Source of the DNA: Candidatus Oxydemutatoraceae bacterium
Lineage (GTDB): Bacteria > Pseudomonadota > Gammaproteobacteria > Poriferisulfidales > Oxydemutatoraceae
Reading direction: 5' to 3'
Assembly: GCA_965220085.1 (NCBI GenBank)
Contig: CBDCOZ010000001.1
Coordinates: 128,001 to 192,000, forward strand
Length of the DNA stretch: 64,000 bases
Shown here: positions 20,282-30,800 of the stretch, in pieces
How the letters are laid out: the number at the start of each line of letters is the position of its first letter
Position numbering within the stretch: position 1 is the stretch's first letter
Translations under genes and position numbers: made by a program
The notes under the pieces: model-generated
What the model was told of the DNA's origin: nothing
The model's database searches: none
The model's input: only the letters and a program-made list of their open reading frames with translations

Positions 20282-21804
20282 CAGTGCTTAAAGTGTCTTA
20301 TGCCGGTGAACACCATGGCGATGCCAAGTTCATCCGCCGCCGCGATCACGTCGGCGTCATTTTTTGATCCGCCCGGTTGTATGATGGCGCGGATGCCCGC
20401 CTCGCCCGCCCGCTCTATGCCGTCGCGGAAAGGAAAGAAGGCATCGGATGCCATCACGCAACCGTCGGCCAGCCCCGCTTTGGCGGCTTTGTTGACGGCG
20501 ATTTGCACCGAGTCGGCGCGGCTCGTTTGTCCGGCCCCGATGCCGACGGCGGCTTCGTCACGCGCCAAGACGATTGCGTTTGAGCGGGTGTGCTTCGCTA
20601 TCCGCCACGCAAACAGCAGGTCGCGGATGTCGTTTTCGCGCGGCTTGCGTTTGCTGACAGTGCGCAGTTGCTTTGCATCGATATGCGCGCTGTCGGTTTG
20701 CTGCAACAGCAGGCCGCCGCCGATGGCGCGCATTTCCGCGGTGTGCGCCGATGGCGCTCCGCCGGTCACCGCCCGCACATTCTTCTTCGTTGCCAACACC
20801 TTCAATGCGCGGTCGGAAAATGCCGGCGCGACGATGACCTCGACGAATTGCCGCTCGATGATCGCTTGTGCGACATCATCGGTGACATCCCGGTTCAACG
20901 CGATGATGCCGCCGAATGCCGAGTCCGGGTCGGTGTCAAAAGCGCGCCGGTATGCGGCCGCTGCCGTATCGCCGCAGGCCGCGCCGCACGGGTTGTTGTG
21001 TTTGACGATGACGCAGGCGGCGCGGGCGCCGTCAATTTCTCGCACCGCTTTCATCGCCGCATCGGCGTCCAGATAGTTGTTATACGAGAGCGGCTTGCCT
21101 TGCAACAGGCGCGGCGCGGTGTCGCTGTGGTGGCGGTAGAAGGCTCCCGTCTGGTGCGGGTTTTCGCCATAACGCAAATCGCCTTCCTTTTGATAGCCGC
21201 CGCAAGCGGGCGGGAAGCCGTCGTCGTTGCGCGCAAACCAGTCGCCGATCATCGCATCGTAGCGGGCGGTATGCGCAAACGCTTTGGCCGCCAGTTCGGC
21301 GCGCTTTTCTTGCGCCAACTCCCCGTCCTGCAAAGCGCGGATGAGCATTGCGTAATCCGCCGGATCGACGACAACGATGACACGGGCGTGGTTTTTTGCG
21401 GCGGCTCTGATGAGCGCGACGCCGCCGATATCTATCTGCTCAAGCGCTTCTTCGCGGGTGTGTTGTTTGGCGACGGTACGCGCGAACGGGTAGAGATTCG
21501 CCGCCAGCAGATCGATCGGCTCGATGCCGTGTTCGCGCATGACGCGCTCGTCCTCGTCGCCGCGCGCGAGCAATCCGCCGTGAATTTTCGGGTGCAGGGT
21601 CTTGACTCTGCCGCCCATGATTTCCGGGAAACCGGTGTATTCGGAAACATCGCTGACCGCTATGTCGTTTTGGCGGATGCGTTCCGCGGTGCCGGCGCTG
21701 GATAGGATGGTTGCGCCCGCCCGCTGCAAGGCGCGCGCCAGTTCTTCAATTCCGGTCTTGTCCGATACGCTCAAAAGGGCGCGGCCAATTTTCTGGTTTG
21801 TCAC
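20281..21804 (-). CDS. purH: Bifunctional AICAR transformylase/IMP cyclohydrolase
   Basis: ALLSVSDKTG, GRVKTLHP, LRYGENPHQ, SDAFFPF, RHFKH. Confidence 0.97.
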   Translation of the reverse strand: MTNQKIGRALLSVSDKTGIEELARALQRAGATILSSAGTAERIRQNDIAVSDVSEYTGFPEIMGGRVKTLHPKIHGGLLARGDEDERVMREHGIEPIDLLAANLYPFARTVAKQHTREEALEQIDIGGVALIRAAAKNHARVIVVVDPADYAMLIRALQDGELAQEKRAELAAKAFAHTARYDAMIGDWFARNDDGFPPACGGYQKEGDLRYGENPHQTGAFYRHHSDTAPRLLQGKPLSYNNYLDADAAMKAVREIDGARAACVIVKHNNPCGAACGDTAAAAYRRAFDTDPDSAFGGIIALNRDVTDDVAQAIIERQFVEVIVAPAFSDRALKVLATKKNVRAVTGGAPSAHTAEMRAIGGGLLLQQTDSAHIDAKQLRTVSKRKPRENDIRDLLFAWRIAKHTRSNAIVLARDEAAVGIGAGQTSRADSVQIAVNKAAKAGLADGCVMASDAFFPFRDGIERAGEAGIRAIIQPGGSKNDADVIAAADELGIAMVFTGIRHFKH

Positions 21805-21831
21805 TGCGATGTTTTGTTTTCCGACGGTGAA

Positions 21832-22746
21832 TTATATGTGCTTCGCTTCCGCGGGCGCCAACTCGGCAAAGAGATTGGCAAACTCCCCGAACTCGATGCC
21901 CCGTTCGCTGTCTTTGCGCCAGCCGAAACCGATTTCCCGGTAGGCGCGGTCGGGCATGTCAACGGTGGCGATGTCCGTGTTTTTCAGCAAGCCGCCGGCA
22001 ATCGCAATATCGGTGACAAAGGTGACGCCGAGGTCGTTATCGACCAACTGGATCAGGGTTTGCAGACTGCTGGCGGAGTAGGGACTGATCTTTTTCTGAT
22101 GTTCGGTATTGCACACATGCAAGGCGTGATTGCGCAGGCAGTGGCCGTCTTCAAGCAACAATATGCTGGACGGCGGCAGCGTGCTTTCATCAAAACTCGT
22201 TTCGCGCAACAACTTGCTTTGCTTGCTCAGAGCAATCTTGAAATAATCTTTGAACAGGCTCATCGTTTCCACCCCGCTGAGGTCATACGGCAACGCGATC
22301 AAAATCAAATCGAGTTCGCCGTCGATCAGGTCTTTGTGCAGGCTCGCCGTCATGTTTTCGCGGATGGAAAGGCTCAGCCGCGGCCAACGCGCTTTTATCT
22401 TCGGCAGCATCTTTGGCAACACAAAGGGGGCGATGGTCGGAATCACGCCCAAGCGCAACTTGCCCGTGAACGGCTCTTTGCTGGCCATGACGATTTCTTC
22501 CAGCCGTTGCGTTTCGCCCAGAATCTGTTCCGCTTGCTCGACGACTCGCAACCCGGCGGCGGTGAGAAAAACATTTTTGTTGGTGCGATCGATCAACTTG
22601 AGGTCGAGTTGGTCCTCCAGCTTTTTGATGCCGATGCTAAACGCCGCTTGGGTGAGGCAACACTCTTTTGCCGCCTTGCCAAAGTGCAGGTGCCTGGCAA
22701 GGCTCGTCAAGAATTGCAACTGGCGCAATGTGATATGTGGATTCAT
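21832..22746 (-). CDS. oxyR: LysR-family peroxide sensor OxyR
   Basis: LysR HTH; LLEDGHCLRNHALHVC with two redox Cys. Confidence 0.85.
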   Translation of the reverse strand: MNPHITLRQLQFLTSLARHLHFGKAAKECCLTQAAFSIGIKKLEDQLDLKLIDRTNKNVFLTAAGLRVVEQAEQILGETQRLEEIVMASKEPFTGKLRLGVIPTIAPFVLPKMLPKIKARWPRLSLSIRENMTASLHKDLIDGELDLILIALPYDLSGVETMSLFKDYFKIALSKQSKLLRETSFDESTLPPSSILLLEDGHCLRNHALHVCNTEHQKKISPYSASSLQTLIQLVDNDLGVTFVTDIAIAGGLLKNTDIATVDMPDRAYREIGFGWRKDSERGIEFGEFANLFAELAPAEAKHI

Positions 22747-22900
22747 ATAATAAATATATCATAGAAAGGGCAAAACAATGGGAATTATGTATTTAACTTG
22801 ACAGAGGCAGATTATGTCAGGCAGGAAACTTGACAAAGATACCAGTACGCTATATACCTATATCTTAATTCGTTGTTAAACCACTTTGGGGATTAGGACT

Positions 22901-23821
22901 ATGAGTAAGAGAAAAGCAGAAATATTAAGCCTATATCAGATTATGGAGCAATACCCGACCGATGAAGCGACCATACGATACCTTGAAAGTCTGGCATGGA
23001 GTGATAAGCCGGTATGTTCTAAATGCGGATGTGATAACAAAATTACAGAGCAAAAGAAAGCTGGCGATTATTGGTGCGGTAGCTGTCGTTCATACTTCAA
23101 TGTATTCACCAATACACCGCTAGAGCGGAATAAAGTAGATGCCAGAAAATGGGTTTATGCTTCCTATACCCTGCTCACTTCACGCAAAGGGATAAGCAGT
23201 CTGCAATTAAGCAAAGAGATTGGAGTGCAACAAAGAACAGCGTGGTATATGCTTCACCGCTTGCGGGTTATATGTGGCGGGGATATGCAGGCGCTGCATG
23301 GGCAAGTAGAGACAGATGAAACTTATATCGGCGGCAAGGAGAAAAACCGCCATCCCAACAAGAAAAAGCGGGCGGGTCGCGGTGGTGCTGGCAAGACTGC
23401 TATACTGGGTATGCGAGAGCGTAAAGGCAGAGTAAAGGCCATGCCAGTAGAGAACACTACAAAGGAAACACTACAGACCGCCGTACATAAAAATGTCCGC
23501 AAGGGTTCTACCCTTTTTACTGATGAAAACCCCTCATACAATGGTGTTGCCAATCGCCACTATGCGGTTAATCATTCTGCGAAGGAATATGTAAATGGTA
23601 TGGCGCACACTAACGGCATAGAATCCGTATGGGCTGTACTCAAGAGAGGTTTTAGCGGTGTGTATCACAACTGGAGTAAGAAGCATTGCAGGGCTTATGT
23701 CAATGAGTTTTCCTTCCGTCTTAACGATGGCAATTGTGAGATAGATACCCAAGACAGATTAAACAGTTTGTTTGCCGGTATGCACGGCAAGCAGATTACT
23801 TATAAGGAATTGACAGGATGA
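22901..23821 (+). CDS. IS1595-family DDE transposase
   Basis: Zn ribbon CSKC..CGSC, VETDETYIGG, TDE, HTNGIESVW, EFSFRLN. Confidence 0.95.
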   Translation: MSKRKAEILSLYQIMEQYPTDEATIRYLESLAWSDKPVCSKCGCDNKITEQKKAGDYWCGSCRSYFNVFTNTPLERNKVDARKWVYASYTLLTSRKGISSLQLSKEIGVQQRTAWYMLHRLRVICGGDMQALHGQVETDETYIGGKEKNRHPNKKKRAGRGGAGKTAILGMRERKGRVKAMPVENTTKETLQTAVHKNVRKGSTLFTDENPSYNGVANRHYAVNHSAKEYVNGMAHTNGIESVWAVLKRGFSGVYHNWSKKHCRAYVNEFSFRLNDGNCEIDTQDRLNSLFAGMHGKQITYKELTG

Positions 23822-23972
23822 AAACCACCCACAGCATAACTACAGTTTCGGTGAAGGTAGATAATTCAAAAAGGGTTCCTTTGAAATAGATTTATCGGTG
23901 GTGCTATCCTTCCTTTGAGTATGAAATAGACAATGTAGAGCATGACACATCTAATCAGTCAGATATGCAAAT

Positions 23973-24131
23973 ATGAAACAGAAAGACTTAGACAGAGCGG
24001 CTACGGCACTACTTAAAGCAGGGAAACCGCCGAAGGATAAAGATTGCCCGATACCGACAAAAGCAGACTTAAACCGTAAGTTTGTCATGCGGGTAGACCG
24101 TCAAGGCAAACCCACAATTATTGAGAAATAA
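23973..24131 (+). CDS. Small passenger ORF (52 aa) inside the IS
   Basis: MKQKDLDRAATALLKAGKPP...KPTIIEK; ends just before the right TIR. Confidence 0.4.
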   Translation: MKQKDLDRAATALLKAGKPPKDKDCPIPTKADLNRKFVMRVDRQGKPTIIEK

Positions 24132-24233
24132 TACCTCTGTCAAGTTAAATACATAATTCCCAAAACAATATGCTTGGGGAATTCTGTTATACTATCCCCC
24201 GACTTTTTGAATTTTGATACGGAGGTATTTGTT

Positions 24234-25133
24234 ATGACAGAAGAAAAATCGCAAAGAGTATGGATGAACCGTTGCAAGCCTGTTGGCAATAATCAACTGG
24301 AGGATTGCAAGAGGGAACGCATCATAACCATCGGCTGGCCGGATGTGGACCTGAGCCAAGACGGTTGGGAAAATACCAAGTGGTTGACTCCGCGTGGCAG
24401 AAGCATGCTTTGGAGGTTTTGTGAAATGAGAAAAGGAGACTGGGTCTTGGTGCCTCGCGGGGGAGACTTACACCGTGCCCAAATAGCATGTGATAAACCG
24501 CTCTACTTAAAAGATAAACCCGACTGGGCAGAACACGCGGGCAGTTACTACGAGACCGAAGAATGGAAAGAGGAACCTTGGGAACGGTCAAAAATGCCGG
24601 CAAGCGTACAATCGCGCCTGAAGTACAGGGGCACACACCTGTGGTTGCACGACAACTACTCGGAACTGGAAAAGGCATATGGCAAGTCCCTCTCTGCTCG
24701 GATGGTGGAGGAATTGCGGGAGATCTTTCAGGTGCCGAGAGAATCCACTCTGCATGCGGATTCGCTGGAGAGAATGATAAAGGGATTGTTTGAAAGCATG
24801 CACTTTGAGGGTGTAAGGATACCCGGGAAAAAACAGTCCCAAGCCGGCGATGTGGATGTTGAGGCAATGACACCCTTGGGCATACAGGTATATGCGCAGG
24901 TGAAGTGGCATCAGGGAACATCGGGGGGTGCGGGTATTGACCAGTTGATAAAGCGCAAAGAGGATGATGGAAAGAAACCTGATAACGAAGCCAACGCCAT
25001 CTATCTCTTCATAACCACTGCCAAAGAAATTAACGAAGATGCAAAAAACAAGGCAAACCAGAATGATATTCTGTGCTGGGATGGTGAGAAATTAGCCGCC
25101 ATGCTTATAGAGCACGGCATCCCGAAGGATTAA
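24234..25133 (+). CDS. Mrr-like restriction endonuclease
   Basis: GGAGG RBS; ITIGW / GDWVLVP N-terminal region; C-terminal DVDVEA..YAQVK (Mrr_cat-type) motif. Confidence 0.75.
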   Translation: MTEEKSQRVWMNRCKPVGNNQLEDCKRERIITIGWPDVDLSQDGWENTKWLTPRGRSMLWRFCEMRKGDWVLVPRGGDLHRAQIACDKPLYLKDKPDWAEHAGSYYETEEWKEEPWERSKMPASVQSRLKYRGTHLWLHDNYSELEKAYGKSLSARMVEELREIFQVPRESTLHADSLERMIKGLFESMHFEGVRIPGKKQSQAGDVDVEAMTPLGIQVYAQVKWHQGTSGGAGIDQLIKRKEDDGKKPDNEANAIYLFITTAKEINEDAKNKANQNDILCWDGEKLAAMLIEHGIPKD

Positions 25134-25152
25134 TTCGCTCAATCGCTATCCG

Positions 25153-25183
25153 CCGCCTTGCCCGTCTTTGACGGGCAAGGCGG
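25153..25183. terminator. Perfect 14-bp GC-rich hairpin after the Mrr-like gene
   Basis: CCGCCTTGCCCGTC-TTT-GACGGGCAAGGCGG; no clear U-tract. Confidence 0.55.
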
Positions 25184-25258
25184 TCGCCGCCCGCCCCTTG
25201 TTCCGTCGGCAGAACACGGCTTGTCAAACGAAACGCCTAACCCTCTGTATTTCCGCAT

Positions 25259-27739
25259 ATGGCAATAATCATATATCATGCGGGAAACACCCTATATCAA
25301 ATGTGCCAAATGATTAACATCCGCTTACGCATATGCGGGCTTGCCTGTCTCATCGCGTGCATATCGGCGCCGCAGGCATACGCGCAGGAAGAGGCCGAGC
25401 ATCTGGTGGTTGTCGGTTCGCGCACCGCCGTGCGCGCCGCATACGACACCAATGTGCCGGTCGATGTGATCAGCAGCGAGGACATCGCCCGCACCCATGT
25501 GACGGAGACCGCGAAGCTGATTCAAACGTTGGTGCCGTCATTCAACTTCTCGGTTTCCACCGTCAGCGACGGTACCGATGCGGTGCGCCCGGCGACTCTG
25601 CGCGGTCTGTATCCGGATCAAGTGCTGGTGCTGGTCAATGGCAAACGCCGGCACACCAGCGCCTTGTTGCATGTCAATGGTTCGGTCGGTCGCGGTTCGG
25701 TCGGCGTCGATCTCAATGCGATTCCGCCGTCGGCGATAGAACGGATTGAGGTGTTGCGCGACGGCGCCGCCGCCCAGTACGGCTCGGATGCGGTGGCCGG
25801 CATTATCAACATCGTGCTCAAGGAGCGGGTCGGCGAGACCGAGGCGCAGGCTTACTACGGGGAGACCTATCAGGGCGATGGCGAGCAACGCCGCTATAGT
25901 TTCAACGGCGGATTCGCCCTCGCCGAAACGGGTTTCTTTAACCTGACCGCCGAGCGGCGCGATCGCAACCCGACCAACCGCGCGGGCGAGGACATACGGT
26001 GCCAATACGGAGGAACAGCCCCCGACTGCAATGACCCGGCCAGAGAAGCGCGTTTTGACCGCGTCAGTCATCGGGTCGGCGATGCCGAGTCGGATAACGA
26101 TTATGTGTTTTTTAATTCCGCGCTGCCTTTGCGCAACGGCGTTGAACTCTATGCGTTCGGCGGCATCAGTCAGCGCGAGACCGAGGCGGGCGGGTTCTAC
26201 CGCCGCGCTTCCGACCGGCGCAACCTGCCGTCGGTTTATGCGGACGGTTTTCTGCCGCTGATCACAACCGATGTGGATGACGATTCGCTGGCGCTCGGGG
26301 CCAAGTTTGATCTCGGCGCGTGGCGGGCGGATGTCAGCGCGCATTATGGCGAGAACACTTTTGATTTCCGGGTAAAGGATTCGCTCAATGTGTCTTTGGG
26401 CGCGGCGTCGCCGCGACAAGCCGATTCCGGCGGTTTGAAGTTTGATCAAACGGTATTCAAAGCCGATGCGACCCGTCCCTTGGAAATAGCGGATTTTGCG
26501 TTGGATATCGCGACCGGATACGAGTATCGCCGCGACGGCTATCGCATCCGCGCCGGTGATCCGGCTTCTTACATAGACGGCGGTCAACGCGCGCAGGACG
26601 GCGAGCGCGCCGACCCGGGCATTCAGGTGTTCCCCGGTTTCAGGCCCGAGAACGAGGTCGATGTCAGCCGCCACAATCATTCGCTCTATCTCGATGGAGA
26701 AAGTTGGGTGAGCGATAATCTGTCCCTTGCCGCCGCGGCGCGGTGGGAGAGTTACAGCGATTTTGGAAACGATATGAACGGCAAGCTGAGCATGCGCTAC
26801 GAGATGTCGGATGTGTTCGCACTGCGCGGCGCGGTGTCGTCGGGCTTTCGCGCGCCGTCTCTGGCACAGCAGTACTTCAACAACATCAGCACGCAATTTG
26901 TCCGAGGCGTTCCCAGAGAAGTGCTGACGGCCAATAACGCCAGCGGTTTTGTCCGCGCCATCGGCGGCGAAGCGCTGGAAGAGGAGAACTCGGTCAGCCT
27001 GAGTTTCGGTTTTGTCGCCAACCCGTTGCCCAGGCTGACTGTCACAGCGGACGCATACCGCGCGAAAATCAGGGATCGCATCGTCTTGTCAAGACAGTTT
27101 GTCAAGGACGACATACGCCCGGGCTTTGTGGCGGGCGCTGCCGATGCCTTGATGCGCGAGCACGATGTCGATATTGACGCTGTGCGGTTTCAGTTTTTCA
27201 GCAACGCGATGGATACGGTGACCCGCGGCCTGGATGTGATCGTTGATTATGACTATCCGTTGGACAGCGGCGCGGCGATAGATTTCACCGCGGCCTTGAA
27301 TTTCAACACCACCCGCAGGGACGGCGATATTGAGAATGTCGCCGGTCTGAGAGACGGGACGGCGCCGTTTACCGATATTGAGTCGTACCTCGAAGAGGGC
27401 AGCCCGCGACAGCGCTACAGTTTCACGACCAATTATGCCGACGGCGACAATAACTGGACATGGCGGCTGAATCACTATGGCAGCGTCGTATCCAGAGTGG
27501 ATACGGAGCCGCAACACTATGGCGCGCGCTGGCTGGCGGATGTTGAATATACCCGCAGTTTCGGCAACGAGATAGATTGGACGGTCGGCGCGCTAAACCT
27601 CTTTGATACCAGACCGGAGAGGAATTCGGATGCGAACCGATACGGTTCGGCCGGCGGCAGCTTCGTCTATAGCCGCCGCGTATCGCCGTTCGGCTTCAAC
27701 GGCGGCTTCTACTTCACCAACCTGAAGTACCGTTTCTAA
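25259..27739 (+). CDS. TonB-dependent receptor (start uncertain)
   Basis: LVVVGSR TonB box-like, IERIEVLRDGAAAQYGSDAVAG plug motif, GFRAPSL, terminal YRF. Confidence 0.93.
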   Translation: MAIIIYHAGNTLYQMCQMINIRLRICGLACLIACISAPQAYAQEEAEHLVVVGSRTAVRAAYDTNVPVDVISSEDIARTHVTETAKLIQTLVPSFNFSVSTVSDGTDAVRPATLRGLYPDQVLVLVNGKRRHTSALLHVNGSVGRGSVGVDLNAIPPSAIERIEVLRDGAAAQYGSDAVAGIINIVLKERVGETEAQAYYGETYQGDGEQRRYSFNGGFALAETGFFNLTAERRDRNPTNRAGEDIRCQYGGTAPDCNDPAREARFDRVSHRVGDAESDNDYVFFNSALPLRNGVELYAFGGISQRETEAGGFYRRASDRRNLPSVYADGFLPLITTDVDDDSLALGAKFDLGAWRADVSAHYGENTFDFRVKDSLNVSLGAASPRQADSGGLKFDQTVFKADATRPLEIADFALDIATGYEYRRDGYRIRAGDPASYIDGGQRAQDGERADPGIQVFPGFRPENEVDVSRHNHSLYLDGESWVSDNLSLAAAARWESYSDFGNDMNGKLSMRYEMSDVFALRGAVSSGFRAPSLAQQYFNNISTQFVRGVPREVLTANNASGFVRAIGGEALEEENSVSLSFGFVANPLPRLTVTADAYRAKIRDRIVLSRQFVKDDIRPGFVAGAADALMREHDVDIDAVRFQFFSNAMDTVTRGLDVIVDYDYPLDSGAAIDFTAALNFNTTRRDGDIENVAGLRDGTAPFTDIESYLEEGSPRQRYSFTTNYADGDNNWTWRLNHYGSVVSRVDTEPQHYGARWLADVEYTRSFGNEIDWTVGALNLFDTRPERNSDANRYGSAGGSFVYSRRVSPFGFNGGFYFTNLKYRF

Positions 27740-27816
27740 ATTCGCGCGCCCCGCATCGTATCGGCGGTCACATGTGTGATACCGATAAGTCGCGAAACTG
27801 ATAGAATGACAGGCGC

Positions 27817-30800
27817 GTGCGGGACACTTTCTTCAAAAACCGATACTTGACAGCGGCCATCGCGGTTGCGCTGGGGCTGTTTTTCGTGTTGCAACGCGAA
27901 GAACCGCAGCCGCTGATCCCGGACGACCCCTCTATGCCGCAGGCGTTGCGCGCGGCGATGGTCGAGCGCGATTTCGCCGCCGGCGCGCGCCAGATCAAGA
28001 CGCGCGCAACGGCGGTTGCCGCCGCGGCGGCTGCCGTCGTCGGTCGCAAAGCGCGGCAACGGTTAATTGTCCTTCATGATCCGGATGTCACGCGTATCGA
28101 CGGTGTCATGGAGACGCTCGCAAACTTTCCGGAGGTGACGGTGGAGGATATGCCGTTATTCAATATGTCGATCATAGAGGCGCCGGCGAGTTGGAACCTG
28201 CAATGGCTGAATGCGCTCGTCTCACTCGACGACTCCATTGAAGCGGTCGGCCCCGATATGATCGCCAAAGGTCTGGCGGTGACGCCGAACGATCCCGACT
28301 TCGGACAGCAACGCCACTTGTATCACGCGAGTTCTCCGGGCTCGGATATCAATGCGCGGGAAGCGTGGGCCTATACGACCGGCAACCCCGATGTCATCGT
28401 GGCGGTGATAGATTCGGGCATAGACTATACATACGACGATTTGGCTTCCAACCTGTGGGTCAATCGCGCGGAAGCCGACGGCGTTGCCGGTGTCGATGAC
28501 GATAACAACGGTTGTATCGATGACATACACGGCTGTGATTTTGTCAATGACGACGGCGACCCGTGGGATGACCGCGGGCACGGCACCCCGGTGGCGAGCG
28601 TTATCGGCATGCAAGGGAATAACGGGAGATTGGGCGCCGGCATCAACTGGAATGCCTCGATTATGTCGCTCAAGACGATCGACTACGACAACGACGGGCG
28701 CGTATCCGATAGCGTGCGGGCGTACTACTATGTTCTGAAGATGCGTTTGGCCGGGCACAACATACGGCTTATCAATGCCAGTTACGGAACGATTATCAGC
28801 GGCACAAACAGCTGTGCCCGGGAGGATTTGCCGACCGCCATAAGAGCCGAGCATATCGCGCTTGAGGAGTTGGGGCGCAACGGCGTGATGACCGTCGCCG
28901 CCGCCGGCAACGAAGGCAGGGACATTGACGACCCGAGCGCAAACCGCATCACTACGCCGGCTTGCCTGGACATAGACGGGTTGTTGAGCGTCGCCTCTTT
29001 GTCTTCCCGCGGTCTTCTGGCGGGCAGTTCCAATTACGGCGCCGAGTCGGTGGACTTGGCGGCCCCCGGCACGGGCGTGTTTGCGCTTGCCCCCGGGCGG
29101 AGGAACTTTCGCGGAGACTACGGGCAGGTCTCAAGCTATGTTCCCGCGGAGCGCAAAGCCCAAGCCGCGCGGTTGGAGACCGTCGTTTCAATTCCCGCCG
29201 ATACGACGGCAACGGCGGGCTGGAGCGTCGAAGGCGGCTGGGCGCGGGTGGCGGAAGGGGAAAGAATCTATTGGACCGACAGCCCCGATGGCAACCACCC
29301 CAATCAGGCCGATTTCAGCGTGACCCGCGACCCGATCGATTTGAGCATGTACGGCGAGAATGATTACTTGTTTCTGTCATTTGAACTTGCCACCGACCTG
29401 GAGTATGAGCCAAACCCTTCGTTGCCTCCGATATACTGCGCTTCTTCGTTTTGCGACGCCCTGTTTTTGGAAATCAGCGTCGATGGTCGGGATTGGCGGG
29501 CGCTGGATGCGTGGAGCAATATTAATTTTGCATCCGATGTTTCCATAGGCATTCCCCGCTGGGCGTATCGTGAGAACTTTCAATTCCGCTTCCGCCTGGT
29601 TTCGGATCCCGGCACGAACAAAGATGGCGTCAGGATCTACGATATTGCGCTGACCCGCTCCGATACGGGCAGCGATGTTTCGGTGCGCTTGAGCGGCACC
29701 TCGTTTGCCGCTCCGATGGTCACCGGCGCGGCCGCGTTGCTGTGGTCTTTCAAGCCCGATTTAACGCTCGCCGAAGTGCGTTCGGCGATACTTGACAACG
29801 TGCGGCCTTCCGCTGTCGCGGCGGTGCAAAACGGCACGGCAAGCGGCGGCACGCTCGATGCCGCCGCCGCGTTGCATTCTGTCGCCGAAGACGGCATTGA
29901 CTTGCAAGCGGGAGAAATCGCGCTGGTCGAAGGCGAGGAAGGGATGTTTGCGTTGCGCCTGACCCGCCCTCCGCAAGCGCCCGACAGCGTCGATCCCGGC
30001 GGCACATTGTCGAGTGACGACCCGCCGCCGACCATGCCGGACGCCGTTGCGGAGCAAGTGGCGCTGGCTGTCACCGCCGACCCGGCATCGCGTATTCGGG
30101 TGGATACGCCCGCTATCACGTTTACTCCGCAGAACTGGCACATCCCCCAAGCGGTTCGCTTCACAGCGGTTGACGATAACTTGGCCAATGGCGATGTGAT
30201 GGCGAGGCTGCAAGTTGCGGTGCGCGCGGACGAGTCTGTGCCTTCGTATCGCGAGTTGCCGCCACAGACGGTCGTCGTCAGCGTGGCGGACAATGAGTCA
30301 AAGTTATCGTTAGCCCCCGGCGCTCCGACACAAGTGGCGGAAGGCGCGAGCGCCACCTTCGCATTGTTGCTTGAGCCGGCCTTGAGCGAAGACCTGACCG
30401 TCACGTTGAGCGCGACCGGCAGCGCAATCGCAGGACAGGATTATCGGGCATTGCCCGCTGCTATAACGATAGCCGCCGGTGCGGGGCGCGCGGAACTGAC
30501 CCTGACGACGATTGATGATGCGTCGGCCGAGCGCACAAAAAACGTTTTGATACGGGTTGTGCCGCCGCCGTCGGCATCGGTCGTTCAAGATCCCGTATTG
30601 ATTCCGCTGGACATAGAAGACGATGACGCGCAACGTTTTTCGGTTGCGCTTGACAGAGACCGTATCAAGGAAGGCGAGCGCGCGCTTGTCACTATCGACA
30701 CGTCTATCGGCACGACCGAGGCTGTCGTCCTTTTGACAGACCGTATCGGCGGAGATGCAAGCGCCGAAGACTATCACATACCTGCGCCGGTCACGTTGCC

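Larger units (their letters stand above)
22780..24161 (+). mobile_element. IS1595-family insertion sequence, intact
   Basis: 28-bp perfect TIR GGGAATTATGTATTTAACTTGACAGAGG; 8-bp TSD AAAACAAT at 22772-22779 and 24162-24169. Confidence 0.95.

Noticed and set aside
24177-24200. GGGAATT next to the IS right end as a second element end
   Set aside because: Only 7 bp match and no partner TIR found
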